Origin: a virus
Taxonomy: Duplodnaviria; Caudoviricetes
Virus record (IMG/VR): IMGVR_UViG_3300032332_000642
Span: 1-27,971 of that record
Strand: one strand, 5' to 3'
Length of the DNA stretch: 27,971 nucleotides
Shown here: positions 1 through 9,040 of the stretch, in pieces
Layout of the letters: each line of letters begins with the position of its first letter
Position numbering within the stretch: the stretch's first letter is position 1
Made by a program: the position numbers and the translations under genes
The notes under the pieces: model-generated
Told to the model about the DNA's origin: nothing
Databases searched by the model: none
What the model saw: only the letters and a program-made list of their open reading frames with translations

Positions 1-622
1 CCTGGGGATTGGCCAAGGTGCGACCAAAGTGAGCGACCACATCAGCCACCCTATCGAGCAGCTGTTTGTGAGCGTCAGCCAGTCGGGCTGAGATCGCCTG
101 CTGGGCACGAGCCTGCAGTCGGGGGTCGTTGAGGTCGGTCTCCCGAGGGAATGCCTCAGCGTCGAAGGTCACCTCGAAGCGGGAGCGAAACTCGCTCGAG
201 CTGGAGGGGTACTCCGATGCGTTGAACAATCCGTTCAACCTGACCTCGGCCTCGTTCCTGATCTCGTCGTAGCGGGCACAAAGATCGTCGGCGAGTCGGT
301 TGAACTCATCGACCAGTCTGTTGTGTGCCTCGGTGAAGGCTTGGAACTGAGAGATCGGGAGAACCCGACTCTCGCCCCGCCACGGGAGGGTGAACTTGTA
401 GAAGTTCTCCCTGATCCGAGAGGCAACCTGATTGACCGACTTCAAATAGTCGGGTCGGATCAGTGCCTTGACGAATCGCCCGCCCTGACCTGCCGAGATC
501 GAGTGATTGGCCTCGACCTCGCTGGTGGCTTTACGATCCTGTCTGCCACCGATGAAACGCCTGATCGATAGATCGACCAGTCGAGCGTAGCTGTTGAGTT
601 GCGTTGTTGTTATGTTGTTCAT
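1..622 (-). CDS. Phage early protein, DUF3150-like (runs off the left edge of the window)
   Basis: Not in ORF track. ATG at 622 follows AGAAGGAG SD. Open to the window edge: MNNITTTQLNSYARLVDLSIRRF...KATSEVEANH...GRFVKALI...FTLPWRGESRVLP...RLNGLFNASEYPS..EFRSRF. The TLPW / LNGLF..EYP pattern resembles DUF3150-type phage proteins (recalled, not searched). Confidence 0.7.
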   Translation of the reverse strand, partial: MNNITTTQLNSYARLVDLSIRRFIGGRQDRKATSEVEANHSISAGQGGRFVKALIRPDYLKSVNQVASRIRENFYKFTLPWRGESRVLPISQFQAFTEAHNRLVDEFNRLADDLCARYDEIRNEAEVRLNGLFNASEYPSSSSEFRSRFEVTFDAEAFPRETDLNDPRLQARAQQAISARLADAHKQLLDRVADVVAHFGRTLANPQ

Positions 623-727
623 TGTCTGCTCCTTCTGCCCTTGCGGGCGTTTTGTTTTTGTTGTGTGCCCCCTGATCTCAGGGATCACTGCAACCCTCGG
701 GGCATTCCTCCCGAGGGCTGAGGGTGA

Positions 728-901
728 TCACTGCTTTCGCAGCCACTCCGCTGGGACTGACATTTGCAGTCCTTTCGGGAGTGGGATGACCACTGCCTTG
801 TCACCGCCAAGGAATCCCCTGAAATTTACAAGGGTATCCTCGTTGGTGAAGGGCGAGTGCATCACCAAAGTCTCATCGACTTGGAATCGCTCTTCGTCCA
901 T
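728..901 (-). CDS. Small hypothetical early protein (57 aa)
   Basis: ATG at 901 with AAAGGAGG SD; MDEERFQVDETLVMHSPFTNEDTLVNFRGFLGGDKAVVIPLPKGLQMSVPAEWLRKQ*; below the ORF-track cutoff. Confidence 0.75.
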   Translation of the reverse strand: MDEERFQVDETLVMHSPFTNEDTLVNFRGFLGGDKAVVIPLPKGLQMSVPAEWLRKQ

Positions 902-917
902 GTGTTCCTCCTTTCTG

Positions 918-1178
918 TTAGTATGACCCTTCTCCGTTGAACTTGCCCCACCGATTGACCTCTTTCTCGGTGGGAACTCTGCCTCCGAACTCCTTGATCT
1001 TTTCTTTATACTTTTCTGCGATCAATTCGTTCTGGTGTGCCTTGCCGTGACCACCGCATGCCTTGGAAGTGTATCTGGCGTTGACATAACAGAACCTGAG
1101 TTCCTGCTCGTATAGCTCAATCTGCCATTCGTGCAGTCCCTCGGCTTTTAGTTTTAGTAGTTCGTGTGTGTCGCTCAT
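918..1178 (-). CDS. Hypothetical early protein (86 aa)
   Basis: ORF track; AAAGGAGG SD upstream; tandem with the 728-901 gene. Confidence 0.8.
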   Translation of the reverse strand: MSDTHELLKLKAEGLHEWQIELYEQELRFCYVNARYTSKACGGHGKAHQNELIAEKYKEKIKEFGGRVPTEKEVNRWGKFNGEGSY

Positions 1179-1620
1179 GTTGTCTGTCCTCCTTTTGTTG
1201 TTTTTGTATTGAACCCAGCACTCAGTGCCGAATTCATTACTGCACCCCGAGCCGACATAGGCCAGAGGTGCAGTGTATGAATTCAGTTCTTAAATTTTAA
1301 TCAGCCGAGTCAACTTGCTCCCGCTAGTCGTGACCCGCTCGGGTGATTGCCCGAGGCCGTCCAGTTTTTCCAAGAATCAAAGTGCCCTCTGGAAGTTTCC
1401 CGCATCCCTGCAGGTCACCGCCAGCTGATCTCGTTGCAAATTTTAGACTCGGTAGTTTCTGGGTGACTGATCATAAAAGATCATCATCACCTGTTTGTTA
1501 CTCGGCTCGAGTTTTGCGGGGAGTCTCCGATATGTGGGGAGAATTTCCCTCGAGGAACGCACTCTGAAGCGTCGAACGACTTAGTATCGCCTGTAGAAGT
1601 TGTGGTGAGAACTGTCACCA
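1179..1620 (-). ncRNA. Putative long structured leader RNA of the early operon
   Basis: Nested helices 1305-1311/1446-1452, 1323-1327/1421-1425, 1330-1338/1410-1418, 1338-1343/1350-1355, 1360-1364/1389-1393 and 1230-1284. Plus-strand C/A mismatches read as G-U pairs on the minus strand. Confidence 0.5.
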
Positions 1621-1648
1621 CTTTGCACCATAATGATTATCCTGTCAA
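1620..1648 (-). promoter_or_regulatory. Sigma70-like early promoter
   Basis: Minus strand TTGACA (1648-1643), 17 nt spacer, CAAAGT (1625-1620), pointing into the early genes. Confidence 0.55.
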
Positions 1649-1661
1649 CTGCTTTGTAGTT
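1647..1661. promoter_or_regulatory. Operator-like palindrome AACTG-N5-YAGTT overlapping the -35 box
   Basis: aactgctttgtagtt; related copies at 2187, 10055, 12613 and partial copies at 13588, 20863, 21565. Confidence 0.45.
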
Positions 1662-2186
1662 AATTTATCTGCTTTATGACACAGCACAGAGGAAGGCACG
1701 GATCACCATTACACAGCCCAAAATATCGCACGAGGATGCCCGAGGAATTGATTTGATGGTCGGGGTAGTATGGGGACAGCGGGTAGCTTTCACTGTAGGG
1801 CAGGTCTCATGCACGGATCTTGCGAACCATTTATTTTTATAAGCAGAAAGGGTTCGCATGGTTTCGATTAAGTATTTCTTGCGAGTGATTCTCGGATGGA
1901 TTCCAGAGGGGAGAGAGTTGTCATAGGGAGAGAGCTTACTCATCGATGGGTTTATCTCGTGAGCAGTAAGCCTCCCCGTAAGGGGAAAGGCTTGTGAGTT
2001 GTCACCGATTGGGAAATTCGCTCACAGGAAAATTCTTTTCATGCTCGGGTTTGACCAGCCCTCACGCTCGAATGATCGAGTATTTTCGCCGTTATTTATT
2101 ACGAGCTGGAGGAGTTCACGAGTGCCAGCTCTCGAGATATTCGCAACCCACACGGCTCTATTCGATCTTTCATCCGCTGGGAGGAC

Positions 2187-2244
2187 AACTGCTTAACAGC
2201 TGAAAGTGGTCGACAGATTAAAGATTGCAATTAAAAACTGATCT
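2187..2244 (+). promoter_or_regulatory. Operator-like site plus putative terS promoter
   Basis: aactgcttaacagct (2187-2201); TCGACA (2210-2215), 16 nt, TAAAAA (2232-2237), 7 nt, GTG 2245; no SD. Confidence 0.4.
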
Positions 2245-2868
2245 GTGCCGAAAGAATTAATGCGTAGAAAGCGGATCAAGAAAGTTGAGCCAGCAAAAGA
2301 CCTGAGCGTCGAGATGGTGAACGGCTCACCAGTTGTCACGATGCCAGAAAAGATTCCTGATCCTGATCCTGTTCCTGTTCCAGTCGTGCAAAAAAGAGGA
2401 CGAGGAAAGCCGAGGACAACATTTGAAAACTTCAGTCAGACGAAAATCAAAGAGCTGTATCGACTCGCTCGTCTCGGGATGAGTCTGAAAACTATGGCGG
2501 GTGCTGTGGGCATTGGGATCGGGAAGCTGATCGAGATGAAGGAGCAGAGCAGGGAATTTGCCGAGAGGCTAGATGCTGAGCGAGAGAACTTCATCGCCGA
2601 CAACCTCACAAAGCTCAGGAATCACGCCCAATCATCGCCTCAGTCAGCCCAATGGCTACTCGAGAGAGTAAGACCAGAGGAGTTCAGCCAGAAGTCAGAG
2701 CTAAGAGTCTCAGGTGGAACGACTAACACTCTCTCACTGGATGTATCATCTGCCATCTGTCAGAGATTGAGTGAGGCACGATTGCAGACCATAGATGTTA
2801 TTCCGTTAACAGACCCACCACCACAGCTTATGGAAGTACCTACCACTGAACAACAATGTTCATCATAA
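2245..2868 (+). CDS. terS: Terminase small subunit
   Basis: RGRGKPRT followed by an HTH-like segment (LARLGMSLKTMAGAVGIG) and SAQWLLERVRPEEF, typical of TerS; lies upstream of terL. Confidence 0.75.
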   Translation: MPKELMRRKRIKKVEPAKDLSVEMVNGSPVVTMPEKIPDPDPVPVPVVQKRGRGKPRTTFENFSQTKIKELYRLARLGMSLKTMAGAVGIGIGKLIEMKEQSREFAERLDAERENFIADNLTKLRNHAQSSPQSAQWLLERVRPEEFSQKSELRVSGGTTNTLSLDVSSAICQRLSEARLQTIDVIPLTDPPPQLMEVPTTEQQCSS

Positions 2869-2947
2869 AAGATTAGAGCATCAAATCTTTCTTCTTCTTT
2901 TTTTGAAAATCAACGACTTACATCAGCTCCTCAGGATTCTCCAGATA

Positions 2948-3058
2948 CCCCGTACCACCACCCCACCCCCCATGCGTCACACTAAATATATAGAGACGAG
3001 CAACCTACCACCCCCCTGCATTATCGGCTACACCCCCACCCCCTAAATTTCCTACCCC
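2948..3058. repeat. C-rich (minus-strand G-rich) low-complexity tract, candidate packaging/terminus signal
   Basis: Repeated ACCCC(C)/CCACC runs in the gap after terS. Confidence 0.4.
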
Positions 3059-3289
3059 ATGCCTTGGAATTACACCGAACACAAAGCCCGCCTTCACTCC
3101 GATGAAGCCTACAAATTACAGTTCTACGCCAAGTGCCGAGAATGGCTTAAGCGCAGGGTTCGCAACGATCCAGACTACGCACTCATCCACCGAGTCAAAC
3201 GGCGCATACAAGCCCGCAGGCGACGAAAGAAGGCCAAGCTGGAGGCGAAGCGGTTAGCCAAGGAGAAGTCAAATGTCCCAAATGAATGA
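3059..3289 (+). CDS. Small highly basic hypothetical protein
   Basis: 76 aa, R/K-rich and helical-looking; overlaps the terL start. Confidence 0.55.
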   Translation: MPWNYTEHKARLHSDEAYKLQFYAKCREWLKRRVRNDPDYALIHRVKRRIQARRRRKKAKLEAKRLAKEKSNVPNE

Positions 3290-4697
3290 ACTGCAGAAGC
3301 TAAAGTTCCTGTCCACACTGGCGGGGTTCTCCAGCCACTACCTTGGAATGGACAGCCTCTACCCTTGGCAGATCCAGTGCATGGATGCTCTTGATGCTGG
3401 TGGCAGAGTAGCTGTCAGGGCACCCAACGGATCGGGCAAGTCCAGCTTCTTAGTGGTACCAGCCATCATCTGGCACTGCGCTGTATTCCCTAACAGCTAT
3501 GTGATCGTAACTTCTAACGTAGGCAGACAGATTAAGTCAGGCTTGTTTGCCACCGTACACAAGTATGCCTCCAAGCTGAAGGGCTGGACGGTTAACTCCA
3601 ACGAGCTGATCAGCCCGATTAACGGGAGGGCAGTGGCGTTTACCACGGACGAACCCCAGAGGATGGAGGGGTGGCATCCAGAGGGCAGCACCACGGGTGG
3701 CAAGGGCAACCTGATGCTGATCTATGACGAGGCCAAGTCCATACCTGCAGAGATCTGGCATGCAGGTGAACGCACCCAACCTAACCGCTGGTTAGCTATT
3801 AGCAGCACAGGTTCAGCAAACAGCTTCTTTGCCAAGTGCTTTAGGGAACATGCTAAGTTCTGGAAGACTTTCACTATTCCTATCGGCCAGTGCCCACATA
3901 TTACGGACGAGTCGATTAGAAGACTTAAGGAGCTGTATGGGGACGATCACCCGCTGGTCAGGAGCATGATCCACAACGAGTTTGTGGATGAGGCTGATAA
4001 CGAGACCGTCATCTCGGAAACCAAGATCCATGACTGCAGGGCTACACCCCCAACTCACTTTCCGATGGATAGGGTGGCTTTTATCGACTGGGGTGGGGCA
4101 GGGGTTGACGAGACTGCCGTGGCCATCATGGACGGGAACAAGCTGTTGCCTCTAATCATCATTAAGGATCGGGACGAGATGCGTACCGTCGGACGGGTAA
4201 TCAGGGAGCTGCGGGCGTTTCAGGTTAACCCCAAGCTGGTCTGGGCTGACAACGGGGGTATCGGGTCGCCCATGATCAGGCGCATGGACGAGCAGGGGTA
4301 CAGCGTCAACCGTGTGAACTTTGGTACGGCTGGGTTGGCTGGGTACGCCAACAAGGCTTCCGAGATGCTGTTTACGGCTGGCAAGATGATTGAGGACAGG
4401 GGAGTGATCCTGCCCAAGGACGACATCATGGATGGTCAGCTGTGTACCCGCAGGTTCTTTTGCACATCTAACGGAAGCATTAAGCTGGAGTCCAAGGCTG
4501 AATATAAGCAAAGGACAGGTGGAAGCAGTCCAGATCGTGCGGATGCAGCTGCGGGAGCCATCTGGGCTTATGTCAAGACCAGACCGAGCTTGACCTCAAA
4601 TGATGCTGGTGGTAGTCATTTGCAGACAGATGTATTCGGCAATACCATCCAAACTAACTTTGAAGATGCCAGAAGTGGCTTCGACGCTGGGGACTAA
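3273..4697 (+). CDS. terL: Terminase large subunit
   Basis: YPWQ Q-motif, Walker A APNGSGKS, Walker B LMLIYDEA, RNase H-like nuclease acidic motifs FIDWGG, ADNGGIG and SPDRADA. Confidence 0.95.
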   Translation: MSQMNELQKLKFLSTLAGFSSHYLGMDSLYPWQIQCMDALDAGGRVAVRAPNGSGKSSFLVVPAIIWHCAVFPNSYVIVTSNVGRQIKSGLFATVHKYASKLKGWTVNSNELISPINGRAVAFTTDEPQRMEGWHPEGSTTGGKGNLMLIYDEAKSIPAEIWHAGERTQPNRWLAISSTGSANSFFAKCFREHAKFWKTFTIPIGQCPHITDESIRRLKELYGDDHPLVRSMIHNEFVDEADNETVISETKIHDCRATPPTHFPMDRVAFIDWGGAGVDETAVAIMDGNKLLPLIIIKDRDEMRTVGRVIRELRAFQVNPKLVWADNGGIGSPMIRRMDEQGYSVNRVNFGTAGLAGYANKASEMLFTAGKMIEDRGVILPKDDIMDGQLCTRRFFCTSNGSIKLESKAEYKQRTGGSSPDRADAAAGAIWAYVKTRPSLTSNDAGGSHLQTDVFGNTIQTNFEDARSGFDAGD

Positions 4698-6536
4698 ATG
4701 ACCACGCAAGAGCTGTACGATGCTTTTTGCGATGACCTTAAAAAGCGAACCACTTGGGAGGATCGGCAGAAGGTTTGGTACACCATGTGCAATGGTGGAC
4801 TTCGCAGGAAGCGGAAACCTTGGCCGAACGCAGCCGACCTTCACTACCCTTTAGCGAACTCGATCATCAATAAGTTCGTACCGTTTTACATAAACCAGAT
4901 TTACTCAGCTGAGAATCTGGCCAGCTTTACCCCACGCAAACCTCAGATGCAGTCTCTGCGCTACGCAGCAGAGAGCTGGTTTAACTACATGTTGCGTGAG
5001 CGTTCTAATTTTGAAACCGAGATGATGGTCTATGTGTCGGCCATGCTCCGTTGCGGGATCTCGTTTATGAAGACCTCTTGGGATGAGGCCAACAGGTCGG
5101 TCAAGTTTGATGCCGTCAACCCGATGTACCTTGTGTTCCCGTACTACACCAAGGACATGGAGAGCTGTGATCGGATCTGCCACATCATGGAAATTTCTGA
5201 AGGCCAGTATCGTCGCAACGAGGCGTACAAGCAGGACGATGATTTTATCAAGCGGATCAAAGGCGAGGGGAACTCGGCTGGTGCTGGGGTTCGCTCGTAT
5301 GATCAGCACAAGCTAGGCAAGCAGGGTCTGACCGAGGGAAGCATGCGGGATAACATCATTATCTGGGAGTGCTACTATCGGGATGACAAGGGCAAGATCA
5401 TCGTGGAGACCTTTAGCCCGCAGGCTCCTGACGAACCTATTCGCCCGAAGTTCGAGCTTCCCTATGCACACGGGCAGATGCCGTTTGTGCCGTGCATGCT
5501 GGAGTTTACTCCAGACAAAGGTTTTTATTCCAGCCGTGGAGTTTGTGAAACTGTTGCAGCGTTTGAAGCTGCGTTGACCAAGACCATGAACGCCAAGGCC
5601 GATGCGATGAGCCTGTACAACTCACCGATGTTTTCCTCTGATCAGGACATACCCAATGTGAACAATATCAAATTCGGCACAGGGGTTCTCTTGCCCACGG
5701 GAGTTAAGCCAGTACTCATGCCCCAGCCTCCGATCAGCTTTGATCAGGAGATGGTGCAGATGCGTCAGGTCTCCGAGTACTTGGTGTCGATGCCTGACTT
5801 CGGCCTGACGCAGGGAAGACTCGGAAGCTCAAAGCCCCGCACGGCTACCGAGGTGCAGAATATCGGACAGCTGATGGGCGTGAACACAGATCTCCGCATT
5901 AAACTTTTCAGGCTGGCGTTGAGCGAAATCTACAAGCAGGCATATGCAATCCTAGTTGAGTACGCCCACGACCAGCTTCTCTTTGAATACCAGAACCAGT
6001 TCTCGGCTGTGCCCGCAGAGGCGATCATCTTTGATTACCAGATCAAACCTTCGGGCAGTGCTGACGGTGTGAACCGAGTCATGCAGTACCAGAAGGCTTT
6101 GGTGCGGTTCCAGACCCTCCGTAACGATCCGTACATTAACCAGCCAGAACTCCGCAAGGATCTGCTGGAGGTAGACGATCCCCACCTTGTCAACCGCATG
6201 CTGATCGATCCGCAGCTCAAGAAGCAGATGCAGGCTGAAGAAGCTGGAAGCGAGAATCTGTTGCTCGACCAAGGCTTCGGTGCTGTGGCTGTTGAGCCTG
6301 CCGACGATCACGAGGTGCATGTTCAGATCCATATGGATCGGTTGCAGTTGGCTGGTCAGCGTGGACAGCAGCTGGCTCAGGACAGCGGTGCTGCTTACAC
6401 CCAGCACTTACAGCAACACATCCAGTTCCTTTCGCAGACTAACCCGAACCTAGCCAAGCAGATCGGCGCACAGATTATGAAGGCTATGCAGACTGAGACC
6501 AAGAATGCTCAGTTCCAGCAGATGTTACCTCAATGA
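4698..6536 (+). CDS. Portal protein
   Basis: 612 aa directly after terL; KPWPNAA, RTATEV and DDHEVHVQIH motifs and a Q-rich C-terminus as in P22-like podovirus portals. Confidence 0.88.
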   Translation: MTTQELYDAFCDDLKKRTTWEDRQKVWYTMCNGGLRRKRKPWPNAADLHYPLANSIINKFVPFYINQIYSAENLASFTPRKPQMQSLRYAAESWFNYMLRERSNFETEMMVYVSAMLRCGISFMKTSWDEANRSVKFDAVNPMYLVFPYYTKDMESCDRICHIMEISEGQYRRNEAYKQDDDFIKRIKGEGNSAGAGVRSYDQHKLGKQGLTEGSMRDNIIIWECYYRDDKGKIIVETFSPQAPDEPIRPKFELPYAHGQMPFVPCMLEFTPDKGFYSSRGVCETVAAFEAALTKTMNAKADAMSLYNSPMFSSDQDIPNVNNIKFGTGVLLPTGVKPVLMPQPPISFDQEMVQMRQVSEYLVSMPDFGLTQGRLGSSKPRTATEVQNIGQLMGVNTDLRIKLFRLALSEIYKQAYAILVEYAHDQLLFEYQNQFSAVPAEAIIFDYQIKPSGSADGVNRVMQYQKALVRFQTLRNDPYINQPELRKDLLEVDDPHLVNRMLIDPQLKKQMQAEEAGSENLLLDQGFGAVAVEPADDHEVHVQIHMDRLQLAGQRGQQLAQDSGAAYTQHLQQHIQFLSQTNPNLAKQIGAQIMKAMQTETKNAQFQQMLPQ

Positions 6537-6772
6537 ATATCATAGACGTTGACATGTCAGATATCAGGGAACGGCTCGCAAGAATGGAAGAGCGTCAGGT
6601 CGGCCTGTGTTCCATGCTTGAGCGGAGCCTCTCTAACTACGGGGATCTGGTGAATCGTGTGACGGCACTCGAGAAACTTAAGGGACATTTCTACTTAGCA
6701 GCTGCCATCGTCGGCACGGCTGTCTCCATATCTTGGGAGTTGATCAAGACCAAGTTCTTTAACAAAGGATAA
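6533..6772 (+). CDS. Small coiled-coil protein with C-terminal TM helix (XhlA/holin-like)
   Basis: IRERLARMEERQ...RVTALEK followed by hydrophobic FYLAAAIVGTAVSISW; ATGA overlap with the portal gene. Confidence 0.65.
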   Translation: MNIIDVDMSDIRERLARMEERQVGLCSMLERSLSNYGDLVNRVTALEKLKGHFYLAAAIVGTAVSISWELIKTKFFNKG

Positions 6773-6776
6773 TACA

Positions 6777-7637
6777 ATGCCCAGCCATAAAGAGTTTTAC
6801 GATGCACTAAACAATATATCGGTAAACGCCGATACGCTTAATCTCAATACCGATCAGGTGGAGAGTAAGCTCGACACGACAACTGGTTTACTGACTACGC
6901 TTTCTGCGGATACCGCAATTATTAAGAATGACTTAGCAAACGGAGTTCTTTCAGACGTAAGAGATGGAACGGGCAACGCACTAACGTCTGCAACAAGAGG
7001 ATCTCAACGTGCTTTGTCGGTGCAGATTGTGGACGGATCTGGAAACCAAGTAACCTCATTCGGAAGTGCTTCAGTTAGCGTTAGCAACTTTCCAGCAACT
7101 CAACCAGTATCTGGAACCTTTTGGCAGGCTACACAGCCAGTTAGCGGGACTGTTACTGCCAACGCTGGAACTGGATCGTTCACTGTTACCCAAGCAACAG
7201 CCACCAATCTTAATGCCAGCGTAGTACAGGGTACGGCCACAAATCTCAAAACGCAGGCTGAAAACTATCAGGGTGGATCTGCCGTAGGCTCGGCAAATCC
7301 ATTGCAGGTGACGCTTGCAAATACTGGTGCAAATACAACGGCACTGCAGGTACGCCCAAGAAACGGAGCGTTTACTGTTACGTCTGGATCTACCTCTGCA
7401 TCTGCCAACACATCAGCGCAAGCCTTAGCCTCCAACTCAAGTCGCCAATATCTTCTGATTCAGAATGTATCTGACACAGATATGTATTTTAACTTTGGAG
7501 CAACTGCGACAACCGATCACCTATTTATTGCAAAAAGCGGAGGTGGTATTGTATTTGAATCTGGCTTTGTTCCAACGGATGCAGTCAATGTTATCTGTTC
7601 TTCTGCCAGTAAAAAATACTATATCCTAAGCTCATAA
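6777..7637 (+). CDS. Putative virion structural/decoration protein
   Basis: S/T/A/G-rich; internal ATQPVSGT repeat; beta-rich C-terminus (RQYLLIQNVSDTDMYFNFG); AAAGGA SD. Confidence 0.65.
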   Translation: MPSHKEFYDALNNISVNADTLNLNTDQVESKLDTTTGLLTTLSADTAIIKNDLANGVLSDVRDGTGNALTSATRGSQRALSVQIVDGSGNQVTSFGSASVSVSNFPATQPVSGTFWQATQPVSGTVTANAGTGSFTVTQATATNLNASVVQGTATNLKTQAENYQGGSAVGSANPLQVTLANTGANTTALQVRPRNGAFTVTSGSTSASANTSAQALASNSSRQYLLIQNVSDTDMYFNFGATATTDHLFIAKSGGGIVFESGFVPTDAVNVICSSASKKYYILSS

Positions 7638-7638
7638 C

Positions 7639-8439
7639 ATGGCTTTGCTTGCACCAAGCGGAATAATGAATCGGCGGGGGTTTCGCTCCGCATCAGTTGT
7701 TCCGACACCACAACCCAGTGGAATTGCGTATGCAGACGCACCCGCAGTAGCTATTAGTGTAATCAATTTTACACTATTCAAGGAAAATACATTTGGAGAC
7801 GGAAATATCTTATACCAATTCGATCAATCTTATGGCACACCGCCAAACCCAGCCAATTACTATGCCTTTAGCGATTACAATTTTGAAAGTGGAAATGGAA
7901 ATAGAGCAATTCTGGCATTTAATACATCAGCGACAACATATTATTCTAATCAATCCTCCTTTGCGCCAGATGTTTCGTTATCACAAAATGCATGGATTTT
8001 AATAGTATTTTCTGCTGGAACATATGACGATGGTACAACGCCTCCTGTTCCGACTTCGATTTATGTAAATAATTCTAGCGGTCAATCTGCAAATTACATT
8101 CCCACAACTGGGTGGTCGCCAACGCTTACGATAAAGAATGGTGCGTATGCGTCTGATATGAATCTTTTCTTTAATTTTTCTTTTGCAGGATTTGGAGAGC
8201 AACTTCCTAAATACTCAAATACAAATTGGGCAAACAACTTTGAGGAAGGAGGATTTTCATTAACTTGGAATAATGCCGTTGCAAGCCAATGGGCATTAGA
8301 TTGCGATGGAAGCGGAACGCTGCCAGCCGCAAGAGCAACAAGCACAAATGGATCAAACTCATCAATCATTCCTCTGGATGGATGGAGCTATACGATTGGC
8401 TCTGGTCAGGCAATTACTCTTTCACCATTTATACCGTAA
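7639..8439 (+). CDS. Hypothetical AT-rich protein, possibly a variable virion surface protein
   Basis: 266 aa, N/S/T/aromatic-rich; internal duplication IPTTGWSPTLTI / IPLDGWSYTI. Confidence 0.65.
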   Translation: MALLAPSGIMNRRGFRSASVVPTPQPSGIAYADAPAVAISVINFTLFKENTFGDGNILYQFDQSYGTPPNPANYYAFSDYNFESGNGNRAILAFNTSATTYYSNQSSFAPDVSLSQNAWILIVFSAGTYDDGTTPPVPTSIYVNNSSGQSANYIPTTGWSPTLTIKNGAYASDMNLFFNFSFAGFGEQLPKYSNTNWANNFEEGGFSLTWNNAVASQWALDCDGSGTLPAARATSTNGSNSSIIPLDGWSYTIGSGQAITLSPFIP

Positions 8440-8579
8440 TGAATATTACAATCATCATCCTCTGCCTTGCTTTTGCCTCCTGCTCCCAAAAGCAAACGGA
8501 CAACAACGTGCAACCACCCACAAAATATCCAAACGTACCGACTATGGGATCGGCTCATGATGCAATGAACGCAAAATGA
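8439..8579 (+). CDS. Small lipoprotein (46 aa)
   Basis: ATG 8439 coupled to the upstream TAA; MNITIIILCLAFASC lipobox. The ORF-track start at 8289 is probably too far upstream. Confidence 0.6.
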   Translation: MNITIIILCLAFASCSQKQTDNNVQPPTKYPNVPTMGSAHDAMNAK

Positions 8580-8749
8580 ACACCGACGATCAAGTAATCA
8601 AAGCCCTTCAATACCTACTCGACGAAGGTTTTATTTCGCTAGGGTATATCGATGGGAAGCCTTCTGTATATTTAACTACCAGCGTATCGGAGGCTCAGAA
8701 GGCAATTAAATCTCTTGCAAAAGATTCAGCAGACTGGTGGAAAAAATGA
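8576..8749 (+). CDS. Small hypothetical protein (57 aa)
   Basis: ATGA overlaps at both ends; MNTDDQVIKALQYLLDEGFISLGYIDGKPSVYLTTSVSEAQKAIKSLAKDSADWWKK*. Confidence 0.7.
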   Translation: MNTDDQVIKALQYLLDEGFISLGYIDGKPSVYLTTSVSEAQKAIKSLAKDSADWWKK

Positions 8750-9003
8750 ATTGGATAGTTAAGGCTGTCATCTGGTTCTTCCTGCCACACCACGACAGGA
8801 ATATCTTTCTTGAGGCTTGCAAGCTGGCATCCATGCAAATCGAGCAGCAGGACGAAACAGAGTACTACGGTGGAACCAAGCATGCCATTGCCTATGAACG
8901 CATTCGGACGATCCTAGTAAAAAGCGGTTACGCCAAGTCAGACATAACTGGAGCAGTCATTCATATGGCTATTGCACTAAGATATCTGCAAAGCATCCGA
9001 TAG
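8746..9003 (+). CDS. Hypothetical protein
   Basis: ORF track 8737-9003; likely start ATG 8746 (ATGA coupling). Confidence 0.65.
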   Translation: MNWIVKAVIWFFLPHHDRNIFLEACKLASMQIEQQDETEYYGGTKHAIAYERIRTILVKSGYAKSDITGAVIHMAIALRYLQSIR

Positions 9004-9006
9004 TAG

Positions 9007-9040
9007 TTGACTCGCCCCCGACCAGTCTTACATTACCTAC
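9007..9040 (+). promoter_or_regulatory. Sigma70-like promoter, leaderless geometry
   Basis: TTGACT, 16 nt, TACATT, 6 nt, ATG 9041; no SD. Confidence 0.55.

Noticed and set aside
235-926. ORF-track calls 235-426, 323-571 and 594-926
   Set aside because: They are shadows of the minus-strand genes 1-622 and 728-901, which have SD sites and protein-like sequence.
1623-1650. dif-like (XerC/D) site ttgcaccataa-tgatta-tcctgtcaact, with a similar one near 2784-2811
   Set aside because: Only partial match to dif arms; better explained by the promoter and by terS coding sequence.
1343-2203. ORFs 1343-1567, 1674-1943, 1994-2203 and 1999-2196
   Set aside because: No convincing SD, atypical composition, and they overlap structured or regulatory DNA.
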